Below, piece by piece: positions 1 through 53,680 of a stretch of 64,000 nt of DNA; positions within the stretch are counted from its first letter, which is position 1; every line of letters begins with the position of its first letter. Source of the DNA: Eledone cirrhosa (taxonomy: Eukaryota); the NCBI GenBank assembly GCA_964016885.1, contig OZ024761.1, positions 15,066,001-15,130,000 on the forward strand, in the 5' to 3' direction. The notes below the pieces were generated by a model. The model saw nothing but the letters and a program-made list of their open reading frames with translations. It was not told the DNA's origin and searched no databases. A program made the translations under genes and the position numbers.

Positions 1-118
1 GCTAAGATCAAAGTGTATCTTTCCTTATCATCTTGATATCTGATCTGGTCCCTATATAGGACCATCAATATTAAACTGATTTTTAGAACTAGACAAAGAG
101 TTAGGGGCTTGCTTTGCC
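1..118 (+). pseudogene. U2: U2 snRNA pseudogene (5' end cut by the window edge, 3'-truncated)
   Basis: GCTAAGATCAAAGTGTATCT..CTTATCA..ATATCTGAT..ATATTAAACTGATTTTT..TAGGGGCTTGCT is colinear with metazoan U2. The branch-recognition GTAGTA has lost 3 nt and similarity stops near 118. Confidence 0.8.
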
Positions 119-367
119 AGATCATTTCTTTTTAATGGAACAGTTCTAGTCCTGTAGAAGCCACTTCTATATTAAACATGATCTATATATATCATCATCA
201 TCGTTTAATGTCTATCTTCCACACTAACATAAAGAGTCAGGACCCCGACGGCTGAGCTCCAGCCGTTTTGACAGATCCGAACTATTACCCACTCTACTAC
301 CCTATGTATCGAGTACTCTGGTGCATTATTGTCCACTTGGTTCCTTACCACACTTTATTTGTTTTAT

Positions 368-701
368 CATCATTTCATTTTGCGTCCGCTTTTTCCCTGC
401 TTGCAAGGGTGGGACGGGAACTGATTCTGGCTTGATTTCTACAGCTGGATGCCCTTCCTAACACCAACCTCATTTACAGTGAGTGCTGGGTGCTTTTTTG
501 CCGTGGCACCTGCACGACCACTTTGCAGTGGAATGATAGGGACCCCAGCCCCTATCATCTCATTTCTACAGCTGAGTAAACTGGAGCAATGTGAAATAAA
601 GTGTCTTGCTCAAGGAAACAACACATCACCCGGTCTGAGAATTGAACTGACAACCTTTCGATTGCAAGGCCAATGCTCTAACCACTAAGCCTTGTGTGCC
701 T
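368..701 (-). mobile_element. tRNA-derived SINE family 1 with an RTE-type 3' tail
   Basis: Minus strand has A-box-like GGCTTAGTGG, B-box-like GTTCAATTC, core TTGAGCAAGACACTTTATTTCAC and tail CCCTTGCAAGCAGGGAAAAAGCGGACG(ATG)n; near-identical copies at 2085-2420 and 25188-25529. Confidence 0.85.
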
Positions 702-702
702 C

Positions 703-746
<44 letters not shown>

Positions 747-1034
747 GTTTGGTTCACACAGATTATTTCGATAAAAAAGGTAAATGTGGTAGGTAGTAGA
801 TGGCTGCATAGGTAGGTAGGTATGGTAGAGGGGAAGAGTCAGAGGTTTGGTATACTTATCAAAAATATTGGAGTGGAGGGCGGTTGAGGTTGAAGGGGGA
901 GAGAGGTAGAGGCATTGAAAGGGGAGGGGTGGAGAGAAGATAGAGTGGATCAAGAGTGGCATTGATAATTAGTTGAAATATCGTTAGATGAATAACGAGG
1001 GTGGTTGAAACAGGACTGATTAGAAAGTGGGACA

Positions 1035-1137
1035 AAGAAGAAGAAGGAGTCGAAGAAGAAGGAGTCGAAGAAGAAGGAGCCGAAGAAGAAGGAGTCGAAG
1101 AAGAAGGAGTCGAAGAAGAAGGAGTCGAAGAAGAAAC
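1035..1137. repeat. 15-bp tandem repeat (GAAGAAGAAGGAGTC)n
   Basis: About 6.5 direct copies. Confidence 0.9.
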
Positions 1138-1533
1138 GGTGGAAAGGATGGAGTAGGGAATGAGAGATAATGACATGAAAAACACTGGGAAAACTAAACT
1201 CTAGGCTTGGCCCCTTTAATTAACCTTCTCTGATCAGAGAAATAACATATACACACACATACACCTGCACATACGGACAAACATATACTCTCAAACACAT
1301 ATAAATAACCCTTACCCTCACTCCACTCCATTCCACCACATACATGCTCACATATTCACACACTCACATATTCATACCCTCACACACACAGAGAGAGCTC
1401 CCGCCTAAATCCCCTCTGCAACTCTCACACACATCACCACTCTCCCCCATTCTCAAACTCAGTCCCTAAACATTACTCAACTCGCGCCCCCCTCACTCAT
1501 CCTCCACATACACACTAGCAACACTAATAAACC

Positions 1534-43678
<42,145 letters not shown>

Positions 43679-43758
43679 ATGAACACCAGTCATTTCTAGA
43701 AGGTTCAGAGAGAAAAATTTCATTAATGTATTTAATTGATCTACCATTCTATATTTTT

Positions 43759-43764
43759 AATAAA
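43759..43764 (+). terminator. Candidate poly(A) signal of the NRF-6-like gene
   Basis: AATAAA 80 nt after the stop; the AT-rich context limits specificity. Confidence 0.5.
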
Positions 43765-44489
43765 TATTTACAAAGTAAAATATGAAAGTATTCATTTTGC
43801 TTGCTATTTGATGTATAAGTATTATAAATGTACTTGACATGTACTTTATTCTGTCAACATTGGAAGGTTGAAAAGCAAAGTTGAACTCAGAAAGTAAAGG
43901 GTTATAACTACAATGTTGTAAGTTATGTTGTCCGATGCTCTACCAATTCTCCTAGCCATCACCTTCAAAATGATAATAGTATACACACACACACACACAT
44001 ATATACACACACACACATATATATGTGCATGTGTGTGTGTATAAGCCTGACACATTGAACTTTCTTTCCTCTTTTCCATATAAAGCATGAAACTGATTAG
44101 ACTTTAATGTGCATGAACGACCAAGCATAGGGGAGTTGAGAAAGAAACTGGGTATAACAGGGATAAGTTATGATATGTTAACGGCTGAGATGGTATGGAC
44201 ATATGATGCATATGGAGGATGATCGAGGAAATCCCAGTGGAGGGAAGAGGCAGTAGAGGTAGACCACGAAAAACATGGGCGGAGGTGGTGAGAGCAGACC
44301 TCAGATCGCTGAAACTCACGGAGGAGATGACGAAGGACCGTGACGGGTGGAGAGATGCTGTGCTGAATAGGACCCATCCAACCCTTGCAAGCAGGGAAAA
44401 GCGGACGTAAAATGATGATGATGATGATATATATATATTCATTATATGAACAGATTAAAGTTTAAGCAAAGAATCACTGCTTTCATCCT

Positions 44490-45040
44490 TTAATAAGCTA
44501 CCAAGAAAATTGAGAGATTCACAGTGTGGACTTGAATGTTTCCAAGAAACATCTTGACACTCTGCTATCCAGGATCCCAGATGAACCCTCATTGAAGGCA
44601 TGTGTAGTCACCCACTCTATTGATGAACTTCTGGAGCTTGGAAACATCTGCAAAGATTCTTATGTTGTTGTGATTGATGACATCAGTAACGTCATTTATA
44701 TAGATAAGAAGTGGGGCTTAACAAAGTGCCTTGTGGAACACCACAACTGACTTTGGCTGGGCTTGACTGTATTGCTTCGGCTACAACATATTGCGCTCTG
44801 TTTCTCAGGAAACACTCAATCCATTGCAGTAACTTTCCATAGAAACCAATGTTGGAGCCCTCTTCTAAAGCTCTTAAAATGTCATCAAAGTCATCCAGGA
44901 GCTGTGTTAGGTAGTCCCGTCCATTATGGAGCCCATGTTGGTTGGAGGTCAACAGATTGTTGCTTAAGGATGTAAGAGGTTAGTGAGATCGGACGATAAT
45001 TCACTGCAAGGGACTTCTTCCCATTTTTGAAAACTGGGAT
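44490..45040. mobile_element. Decayed CR1-group LINE pieces in opposite orientations
   Basis: + strand NKLP..LDTLLSRIPDEP; - strand NYRPISLT..QHG..GVPQG. Confidence 0.75.
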
Positions 45041-45093
45041 ATATGTATATATAAACAAACATACACAATACACACATAGATACATGCATACAC

Positions 45094-45130
<37 letters not shown>

Positions 45131-45844
45131 ATTGTTTCTACTTTAGGCACAAGGCCAGCAATTACCCAGTGTATTACTGGTACTTTATTTTATCGACCCC
45201 GTAAGGATGAAAGGCAAAGTTAACCTCAGCGGGATTTGAACTCAGAATGGGAAGGGCCGTAACTCTATGCGCCAAAGCATGGCATCCGACACTCTACCAA
45301 TACTACCAATCCACCGCCTTATATATATATATAGTAATAATAATAAATGTGAAGACTAAAACCCAAAGAGGGCTCGATAAGGATAAATATATATCAAATA
45401 TATAAGAACCCTAGAGCAAATATTTTATTAAAATAACAGATTAAAGTTTAAGCAAAGAATCGCTGCTTTCACAGCAGCGATTCTTTGCTTAAACTTTAAT
45501 CTGTTATTTTAATATATATATATTTATATATATAAATAAATGAGATAAGAAGATCGAGATCGAGATCATGTAGGTGTCACGACAAAAAAACACACAGTCC
45601 ACGCTGTAATGTGGCCATGTAGGTAACACGGTAAAAAGTTCCCAATTCCACACTGTAAATGTGGTTGGTTTTAGGAAGGGCATCCAGCCGTAGAAAACCT
45701 GCCAGATAGTCCTATATGAGCGAGACATGGTCACCCGACCAATCTTGCTTCAAGTGGGACAACTCCCGTCTAACCCATGCTAGCGTGGAAAATGGACATT
45801 AAACGAAGATGATGATATATATATATATATATACATACATATAT

Positions 45845-45894
<50 letters not shown>

Positions 45895-46035
45895 GTTAAA
45901 ATACTGGAGCGTGTTGGAGTTAAACACCCTCTTCGTATTATAGAAATGACAGTAAAAGGTATAGCTCAATGTAGTTAAACAGAGCCGAAAAATTAAGAGA
46001 GTAAAACAAAAGCCTTCAATACATCAAAAGTCTTT

Positions 46036-46080
46036 ATTAGCCGACAATGTTTCGTCCTATTAAGGACTCATCAGGGCAAT
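46036..46080 (-). ncRNA. Compact type I hammerhead ribozyme motif (Penelope-type)
   Basis: ATTGCC-CTGATGA-GTCCT/taat/AGGAC-GAAA-CATTG-TC^GGCTAAT; GUC triplet, perfect 5-bp stem II. Confidence 0.85.
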
Positions 46081-46874
46081 TAAAACAACAAGAAGTAATA
46101 TCGGCAGATACAAGCCGGAAGCTCCGAAGAATATGGAGTGTACATACACTAAAGTATTGCAAAAATATATAATAAAAATAATAAAAATATATAATAAAAA
46201 TTACTAAGGATGTATATAACATTAAGAACCATATTACAAATATAGTCCAAAGCAAAAAAAACCTAGAGCTAAACAAAGGTGGTTATATAGAGCAAGAATT
46301 ATATATAATACAATTTAATATAATATAATATAATATAATATACCTTTACCAACATTAAAATTACAATAAAAATCAAAAGGTACAATATGCATATGTATAT
46401 ATGTGCGCACACGTACACACACATACACATACAACAATACACACATCCATCTTCAACTGCACAAATTAAACCTTATTAAGAGTTTGAATATAAAAATAAG
46501 CATGATAGGAATGAAAATAATAATAATAATAATACTAATACATCTACCCAATATACATGAGGTAATAATATGATATAATTATAAGTAGCACATATAATAA
46601 ATAATAAATAATACAATTATATACTATATAATACAATATAATAGAATAGATAATCTCCGGTTAATTTACACAAACAATATAGATGTCACAATAATAATAT
46701 AATAATAATATACTAACATTTATAATATACAATATACTAACATTTATAATAAACAATATATTCATACTGGGTTACAGAATAGGTGAGGAAAAATAAATTT
46801 ATTTTTCCTCACCTATTCTGTAACCCAGTATGAATTGATTTGTTAACCTGAGTACCATTATATATTCTACACTA

Positions 46875-47195
46875 GAAAAAAAGGGAAGGGGAGAAACTTG
46901 AAAAACTTCTTCTTTTTCCCCTCTCTAACTTTTCAAACAAAAGGAAATTTTATGTAAAAAAAAACGAAATTTTTGCCAAGAAAGATAACTCTTCTCTGAC
47001 TTAAATCCAAAATTGGGATACAAAATAAATTCCGCAATTTTTTGTATCCCAATTTTGGATTTAAGTCAGAGAAGAGTTATCTTTCTTGGCAAAAATTTCG
47101 TTTTTGTTTACATAAAATTTCCTTTTGTTTGAAAAGTTAAAGGGGGGAAAAAGAAGAAGTTTTTCAATTTTCTACCCTTCCGGTTTTTCTTTTTT
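46875..47195. repeat. Long palindrome (~150-bp arms); copies at ~53228-53586 and ~59564-59922
   Basis: ..GACTTAAATCCAAAATTGGGATACAAAA [14-nt loop] TTTTGTATCCCAATTTTGGATTTAAGTC.. Confidence 0.95.
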
Positions 47196-47237
47196 ATGCT
47201 AGAAATAACAGTGAAAGTAATATATATGTATATACAT

Positions 47238-47278
<41 letters not shown>

Positions 47279-47538
47279 GAAATAGACACACAGATGTATA
47301 TATATATACACATATATATCTATATATGTGTGTATATATATACATATGTTTATGTATATATATAAGTATTTATATGTATATATATACATACACACATATT
47401 TATATGTACAAACACACACACATATATATATACTATGCGAATCTATTGAGTACATTGTATTTATTGTGGTTCCTCTCCGACGCGACCCGTGAATTTACAC
47501 ACATACACACACACATATATATATATTTATATATATAG

Positions 47539-47569
<31 letters not shown>

Positions 47570-48441
47570 ATATATATATTAGAAGAGGTAAGACGAATCG
47601 CACCTCGTACCCAAAGTACGACATTTGGCTGCTATTTCTAGCAGGTTTAGAATTTACTATTTTCCAAACAGAATTCTGTTTTACACCCGTCACTCTGAAC
47701 TCGATTTCAAATTACCGGGTAGTTTGTTGAAGCAGGGTTCAACTGAAATATCTACACCGGTAATTTAATCAGTGTTACACCGGTATCCCTGAGACATAAA
47801 CTATTTGGCATTCTGCGAAGGAGGTACTGGTTTTTTCTCTGTCTTAAATGGAGTATGTACGCACACACAATGCATATACATAAATTAATGTTTATCTCCG
47901 TACGAAGAGATTAACACCATTTTTTAAATCATTATTTAGGGTTTTACAACAAAACATACTGTATGTGTAATTATACATACATTGAATTTAAGTATTTATT
48001 TTTTAATTTTACATACATTTTAGTAGTATATATGTATATATTCATTTGTGTGTGCGTTTATTTCGTGGGTAACTGCAGTTAACGTTCGTCTCGTATTGGT
48101 TTTATTACAGAGTTAAAGTGACTGTAGAGTGTGAATAAAAAAAAGTAAAAAAGATCGAAAACACTGTTGTATATATATTTTATTGGCGCATTAGAATTGT
48201 TTCAATATTGATAGTTCGGAGTACAATCATAATATGTATATATTTTTCACATGAAATCAATATTCAAACTGACCCCAGTGTGTTTATTTTAAAGCGACGT
48301 AATTCTACCTCCCAGGGATTTGAACACAGTTTCATGTTACTGGATGGTACGATGAAGCAGAGAGAATATAAAATCGCTACACCGGTGGCATATTTAGTGT
48401 TTCACCGGTTTTCTTATAACAACACACTGGATACGACGTGC

Positions 48442-50109
48442 ATGATAGAGGTAAAGTTTTATTTGTCTTCTGTGTTAGAGTATAACTGTAGTTTGACTTG
48501 TTAAATTTACAGTTTATGTTTGTTATATATATTCTTAACTATGCAATGATAGCATCTCAGTCACTAATTTCATCTCTTTGGAGGTTACTGCTCTGATGTC
48601 ATCTCTTCCACTAAGACACTCTCCATAGCCTTGCCTCTCCTCGTAACATCACCCAAAGTTGTATCAATCTCCACAAAGCCAACACTTCTCATTATGTCTA
48701 AGAAAGCCGCCTCAAGCAAGTGTTTCGACGTGTGTGTGTGTGTGTAGAATAAACGCAAGGTTTGACGGAACAAGAAAATAAAAAATATTCCTTCTAATAT
48801 ATATATCTTGTACATTGTATTATATTAAGGTGTTTCTGTAAATTAAAAAAACAATGAAAGTGACACCAAAATTTAACGTCACTTTGATATTAACAGACAT
48901 TCTTCATCTTCATAGTAAGTTCAATCAAGGGTTTACTACTTAGTGTATTTATGTGTCTTTGTCTCATCTCCAAATAAAGTTCTAAATGGTATGGCAACGT
49001 GTTGAAGTGAATCACGTTTATTTATATGCTGACTGTGTTACAACTAGAAAGAGAAAAATAAAGCTTTAAATGGTATGACTACGTGTTCAAATCAAGCAAA
49101 TCCCTTACGGTGTGAGGATAAAAAAATTAATATTTTAAGTTGATTCGAAATCCAACCACGGCATTCCCCAGTCCTACGTCTTACCACTAGACTATAAAGA
49201 CTTAAGTGATTTTCTTTTGAATATTTACATATATAAACTTATTTTTAGTCTAACAATAAAATAGCTTTAAATGTGTTTATTTTCACTCCGTATTTGTTGG
49301 TCTGTAGGTGGCCGTATGGGTAGTTGTGGTGTATCTATGCATCAATTCAGTGTGTATAGATTTGGAGATAGGGTTTCGATCTTCTACTTTATCTTAAATA
49401 TAAAACATTTTAATTTTTTTTATTTTAAAGATTGGTCTCTATCTTCTGGGCTACCCGGGGCCACGATCATCTCGAAGCCACCCTTCTAGTTCCCCCTCCG
49501 CTCGAACCTACACTACCACCACTTTACCAGACGCCCGCCAAGCGGCCGTAATTCTACTGTGCAAATTTCATATATTTAAATCTATTTTAGCATTTCTTTA
49601 ATAAAGAACCACATACGATGTTTGACATAATAGAAAAGAGAAAAATATTCTTTTACTATTTCATAAGCTCTGGCAGGTATCGAACACCTCATATTTTACT
49701 TACGTCCAAAACGCAAACATGTATATATAATAATAATTTTTTGATAACTTTACAGTGAGAAAATACATTTATCGATAGGGTTTCCAATCTCAGAAATATC
49801 TCCACTAGAGATGTGTGTGTGTGTATATATCTTTATTATTCCTTTGAAAAGTAGTTTTAATTAAACATTTTTATATATTTCACTATTTCCAAAGTCCTGG
49901 CAGATATTGCAACTCCATCTGTAGATTCATGTAAATACATTGTATTTGACTTACATGAAATTAAATATATAATTTGTTTTTAAATTTTGTTTTCAAGTAC
50001 CAAAATATAAACAAATTAGTCAGGTTTTCAGTCTCTTAAATGCATGGTTGTTATAGATACTTAACTGTTGTTGTAGGGCTGTCGTATTTACCGTCATGTG
50101 TACATTTAA
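48442..50109 (+). CDS. Hypothetical micro-exon small-peptide gene in each array unit (~62 aa)
   Basis: Exons 48442-48450, 48897-48914, 49308-49319, 49431-49547, then 50077-50109 or 50984-51016; all phase 0 and GT-AG; no homology recognised. Confidence 0.3.
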
Positions 50110-52796
50110 ATCTGACTGAGTCAATCCTCCCATCCGCCTGGTCTAAAAACAGCCTATTTATTTTACAGGAGAGAAATCGAGATACCTTTAAACGTTAATT
50201 TTGCACTTGACTTATAATTCTTTTTCCTTCCCTTTAGATTGAATAAACAAAAATATTTTACGTCTACACTTATATTCAACATAACTCATGTCAGTCTTCA
50301 CAAGTTTTTGCTACATCTGATTCAAGCTGTTATGGCTTTGGGAGGAAAGTAATCACAAAGTAAAGTATCCAGCTAAGAATTTATTCCGTAGTACGTGTCA
50401 TAAGAAAGATTTGTAGTTCTAAGAAACCTAACAAATATATTTCAAATTTATCGGCAATTAAACAAAACTTAAAAATAAGCAATACTAAAGCCACAAACGT
50501 TTTTCTATCTACGTCTCTCCTGAAGAAAAAAACAAAAACAAAACCGCTCGAATTATTACGAGGAGTGTAAACAGAAGAATATAGCTAATAAACAATTAAT
50601 TTATGTATATGCATGTATGTATTGTGTGTAAACATACTGTAAGACAGACAGGCTCTAAGGAAAACATAACATTACCGTTTCTGAACACATTTCAGAGTCA
50701 TACTAACTAAATTTATTTTAGCATTTCTTTAATAAAGAACAACTCATGGTATTTGACATAAATGAAAAAAAAAAAAAAAAAAAAATTGTTTTACTATTTC
50801 ATAAGCTCTGGCAGATATTGAAATCCTATCTCTAGATTCGTTTAAATACATTATATTGGACTTACTTGAATTTAAAACTGATGAAATTATTTAAAAAACT
50901 TTTGTACCAAAATAAAAATACACTATAAAGGTTTTTAGTCTCATAAATGCGTGGTGGTTATAGACATTTAACTGTTGTTGTAGGGGTGCCGTAATTACCG
51001 TCATGTGGGCATTTAAACCTGACAGATCAATCGTCCCCTCCTCCAGGTCTAAAAACAGCTGATTTATGTTGCCAGAGAGAAAGAGAAATACTTTTCTCGT
51101 CTTTAAACGTTAATTTTGCACTTTACTTATAATTCCTTTTTCTTCTGTTATGTTGAATATAATTGTTGAGGTTTGTTCAATCTAACTCATATTAATCTCC
51201 ACAGTCAAGTACCTGTTTTTACTATGTCTGCTTCAAGCTGTTATAGGTGGGATAAGGCAGTACAACCCAAAATAAAATGTCAATTTAAGGATTCACTCGT
51301 AGAAAGTGTCAAAAGAAGGGACACTGATATAAGGTTTGTAGGCCTAAGCAACCTAAGAAATAGATTTTAAAGTTATCGGCAGTTAAACAAAACTTATAAA
51401 TAGGCAATAATTTAGACAATTCAGTAGACCACTTAACTTTATTAATAATCAGAAAACAAGGCCACTTATTGACAATAGACCAGACAAAACATTTAACAAG
51501 AATTACTACAACGGTGGTGCGAGAAGATCGTGGTTTCTAAATCAGAGAATGTTTCTTTAACAAACACAAGCATATAAAAAGTAAAGGGGATATTGACAGT
51601 GCATAGAACTAGGAAATAACTTCTATCAAATAGATTTTCTAGTGGCTAGGAACTTAGTAGCTCCAGTTATAATTGCGTTACACATGTTCAGTAAGTATTT
51701 TTCTATTGAAATCAAACTTAAAGGTATACTAAAGCCACAGACGTTTTCATATATATGTTTCATCTAAAGTCAAAAACGTAAGAATTATTACAAGCAGTGT
51801 AAACACGAATTAAAGCTAATAAATGTACCAATAAGGCTACCTCAAGATTTGCAATTCATTCAAGAAGAAATCAAACTTATGCATATGTCGACGACATAAT
51901 TATGGCTAGAGAGGACATGAAGAATCTACAATTAGGTGGAAGACAAGAGAAACGACCATACTACCTGAAATATTATATGTTATGATATTAAATATTTCTT
52001 ATACTGTCATGTTTTTTCTTTAAAACGTTTGCATCTCAATAAAGTGGAGAAAACTATTATATACTGTGTCCAAATCCCGCCGAGGTTAACTTTGCCTTTC
52101 ATCCTTACGGGGTCGATAAAATAAAGTACCAGTAATGTACTGGGTAATTGCTGGCCTTGTGCCAAAAGTAGAAACAGTTATATCATTATACTTTAGTTTT
52201 AACTTATTATTTTTATCTCTTCACATTAGAAAGAATAAAAACTTAGTAAAATCCTATATGTGTATAAATATAATATATGTAAGTGTGTTTGTAAGTATAT
52301 AATAATAATAATATACATGTTGACAAAGAGTTGTAAAAACCAAGCAAGTCAACCTACAGTTCTACACTAACAGAGACGGCATAGAAAACGTTACCTCTTA
52401 CAAGCGAATGCGAAAAGAGATTGTTTCAAAAATACCGGTGTAACACTAAATATATTACCGGTGCAACTATTTCAGTTTACCCTTTTATAAACTCACTCCA
52501 GTCATTTCAAATCGTGTTCAGAGTACCGGCAGTAAGAAAAAATAAAGCGTTTGCGAAGTTTCTAAATCTGCTAAAAATGACAGCTAAATCTCTCACTCTG
52601 TCTCCAATGTGTAATAAACCGTGACTCATAGAAATATATATATTTGTATGTATGTGTGTATAAATATATATGTATATACCTAAGAATGTACACACACACA
52701 CACACACATGTATATATATATATATATATATATGTATACATACATGCATATATATATATATATGTATATATATGTATACATATCTACATACATGCA

Positions 52797-52841
<45 letters not shown>

Positions 52842-53611
52842 GTGTGTCTATATATATATATATATATGTACATATATGTGTAAATATGTATATATATTAG
52901 TGTATATATATTGCAATGTATATGCATACTCGTATAATTATACTCTATATTATTAGTCGATATATTCATATACAATTACCCCTCCCCCGGCATTCGTGGG
53001 GTTTACAGTCCTAGAGAACCCGAGAACAGTGAAAAACCGCGAATATTGTAGGTGGTCCATAGAAATGCTTATAAACCTCAAAATACAACGTAAAATATAA
53101 TAAAAATCGAGTGAGCGTCTTATGCGTCCAATAGGCCAACAAATACAATATATTGTTGTTAATAATCTAGCGTTAAAACAATATATATTGTCACAAAAAA
53201 GGCATATATATACATATATTGTTTTGACTGCTATTTCTAGCATACACTAGAAAAAACCGGAAGTGGAGAAAATTGAAAAACTTCTTCTTTTTCCCCCCTC
53301 TAACTTTTCAAACAAAAGAAAATTTTATGTAAACAAAAACGAAATTTTTGCCAAGAAAGATAACTCTTCTCTGACTTAAATCCAAAATTGGGATACAAAA
53401 AATTGCGGAATTTATTTTGTATCCCAATTTTGGATTTAAGTCAGAGAAGAGTTATCTTTCTTGGCAAAAATTTCGTTTTTGTTTACATAAAATTTCCTTT
53501 TGTTCGAAAAGTTAGAGGAGGGAAAAAGAAGAAGTTTTTCAATTTTCTACCCTTCCGGTTTTTCTTTTTATGCTAGAAAGAACAGTGAAAGTAATATATA
53601 TGTATATACAT

Positions 53612-53680
<69 letters not shown>

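Noticed and set aside
48545-48815. 76-aa minus-strand ORF (..AAFLDIMRSVGFVEIDTT..) in the array
   Set aside because: The + strand reads, with frameshifts, IASQSL/HLFGGYCSDVISS/HHP/INLHKANTSHY, resembling a decayed CR1/L2-group ORF2 end; the ORF is not intact in copies 2 and 3.
49140-49202. tRNA-like segment on - (TAGTCTAGTGG..TTCGAATC); weaker ones at 48305-48390 and 49672-49690
   Set aside because: No acceptor or anticodon stem can be formed; likely decayed SINE heads. tRNAscan-SE would settle it.
50060-50170. Minus-strand reading of the duplicated segment as an H/ACA snoRNA or a 51-nt exon
   Set aside because: The paralogue is 50 nt (breaks frame), there is no convincing 5' hairpin, and H/ACA boxes are too short to be informative in AT-rich DNA.
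51840-51935. AYVDDII reverse-transcriptase-like motif in the array (also ~58211-58306)
   Set aside because: Isolated ~30-codon relic with frameshifts and no other RT motifs; at most an old LINE scrap.
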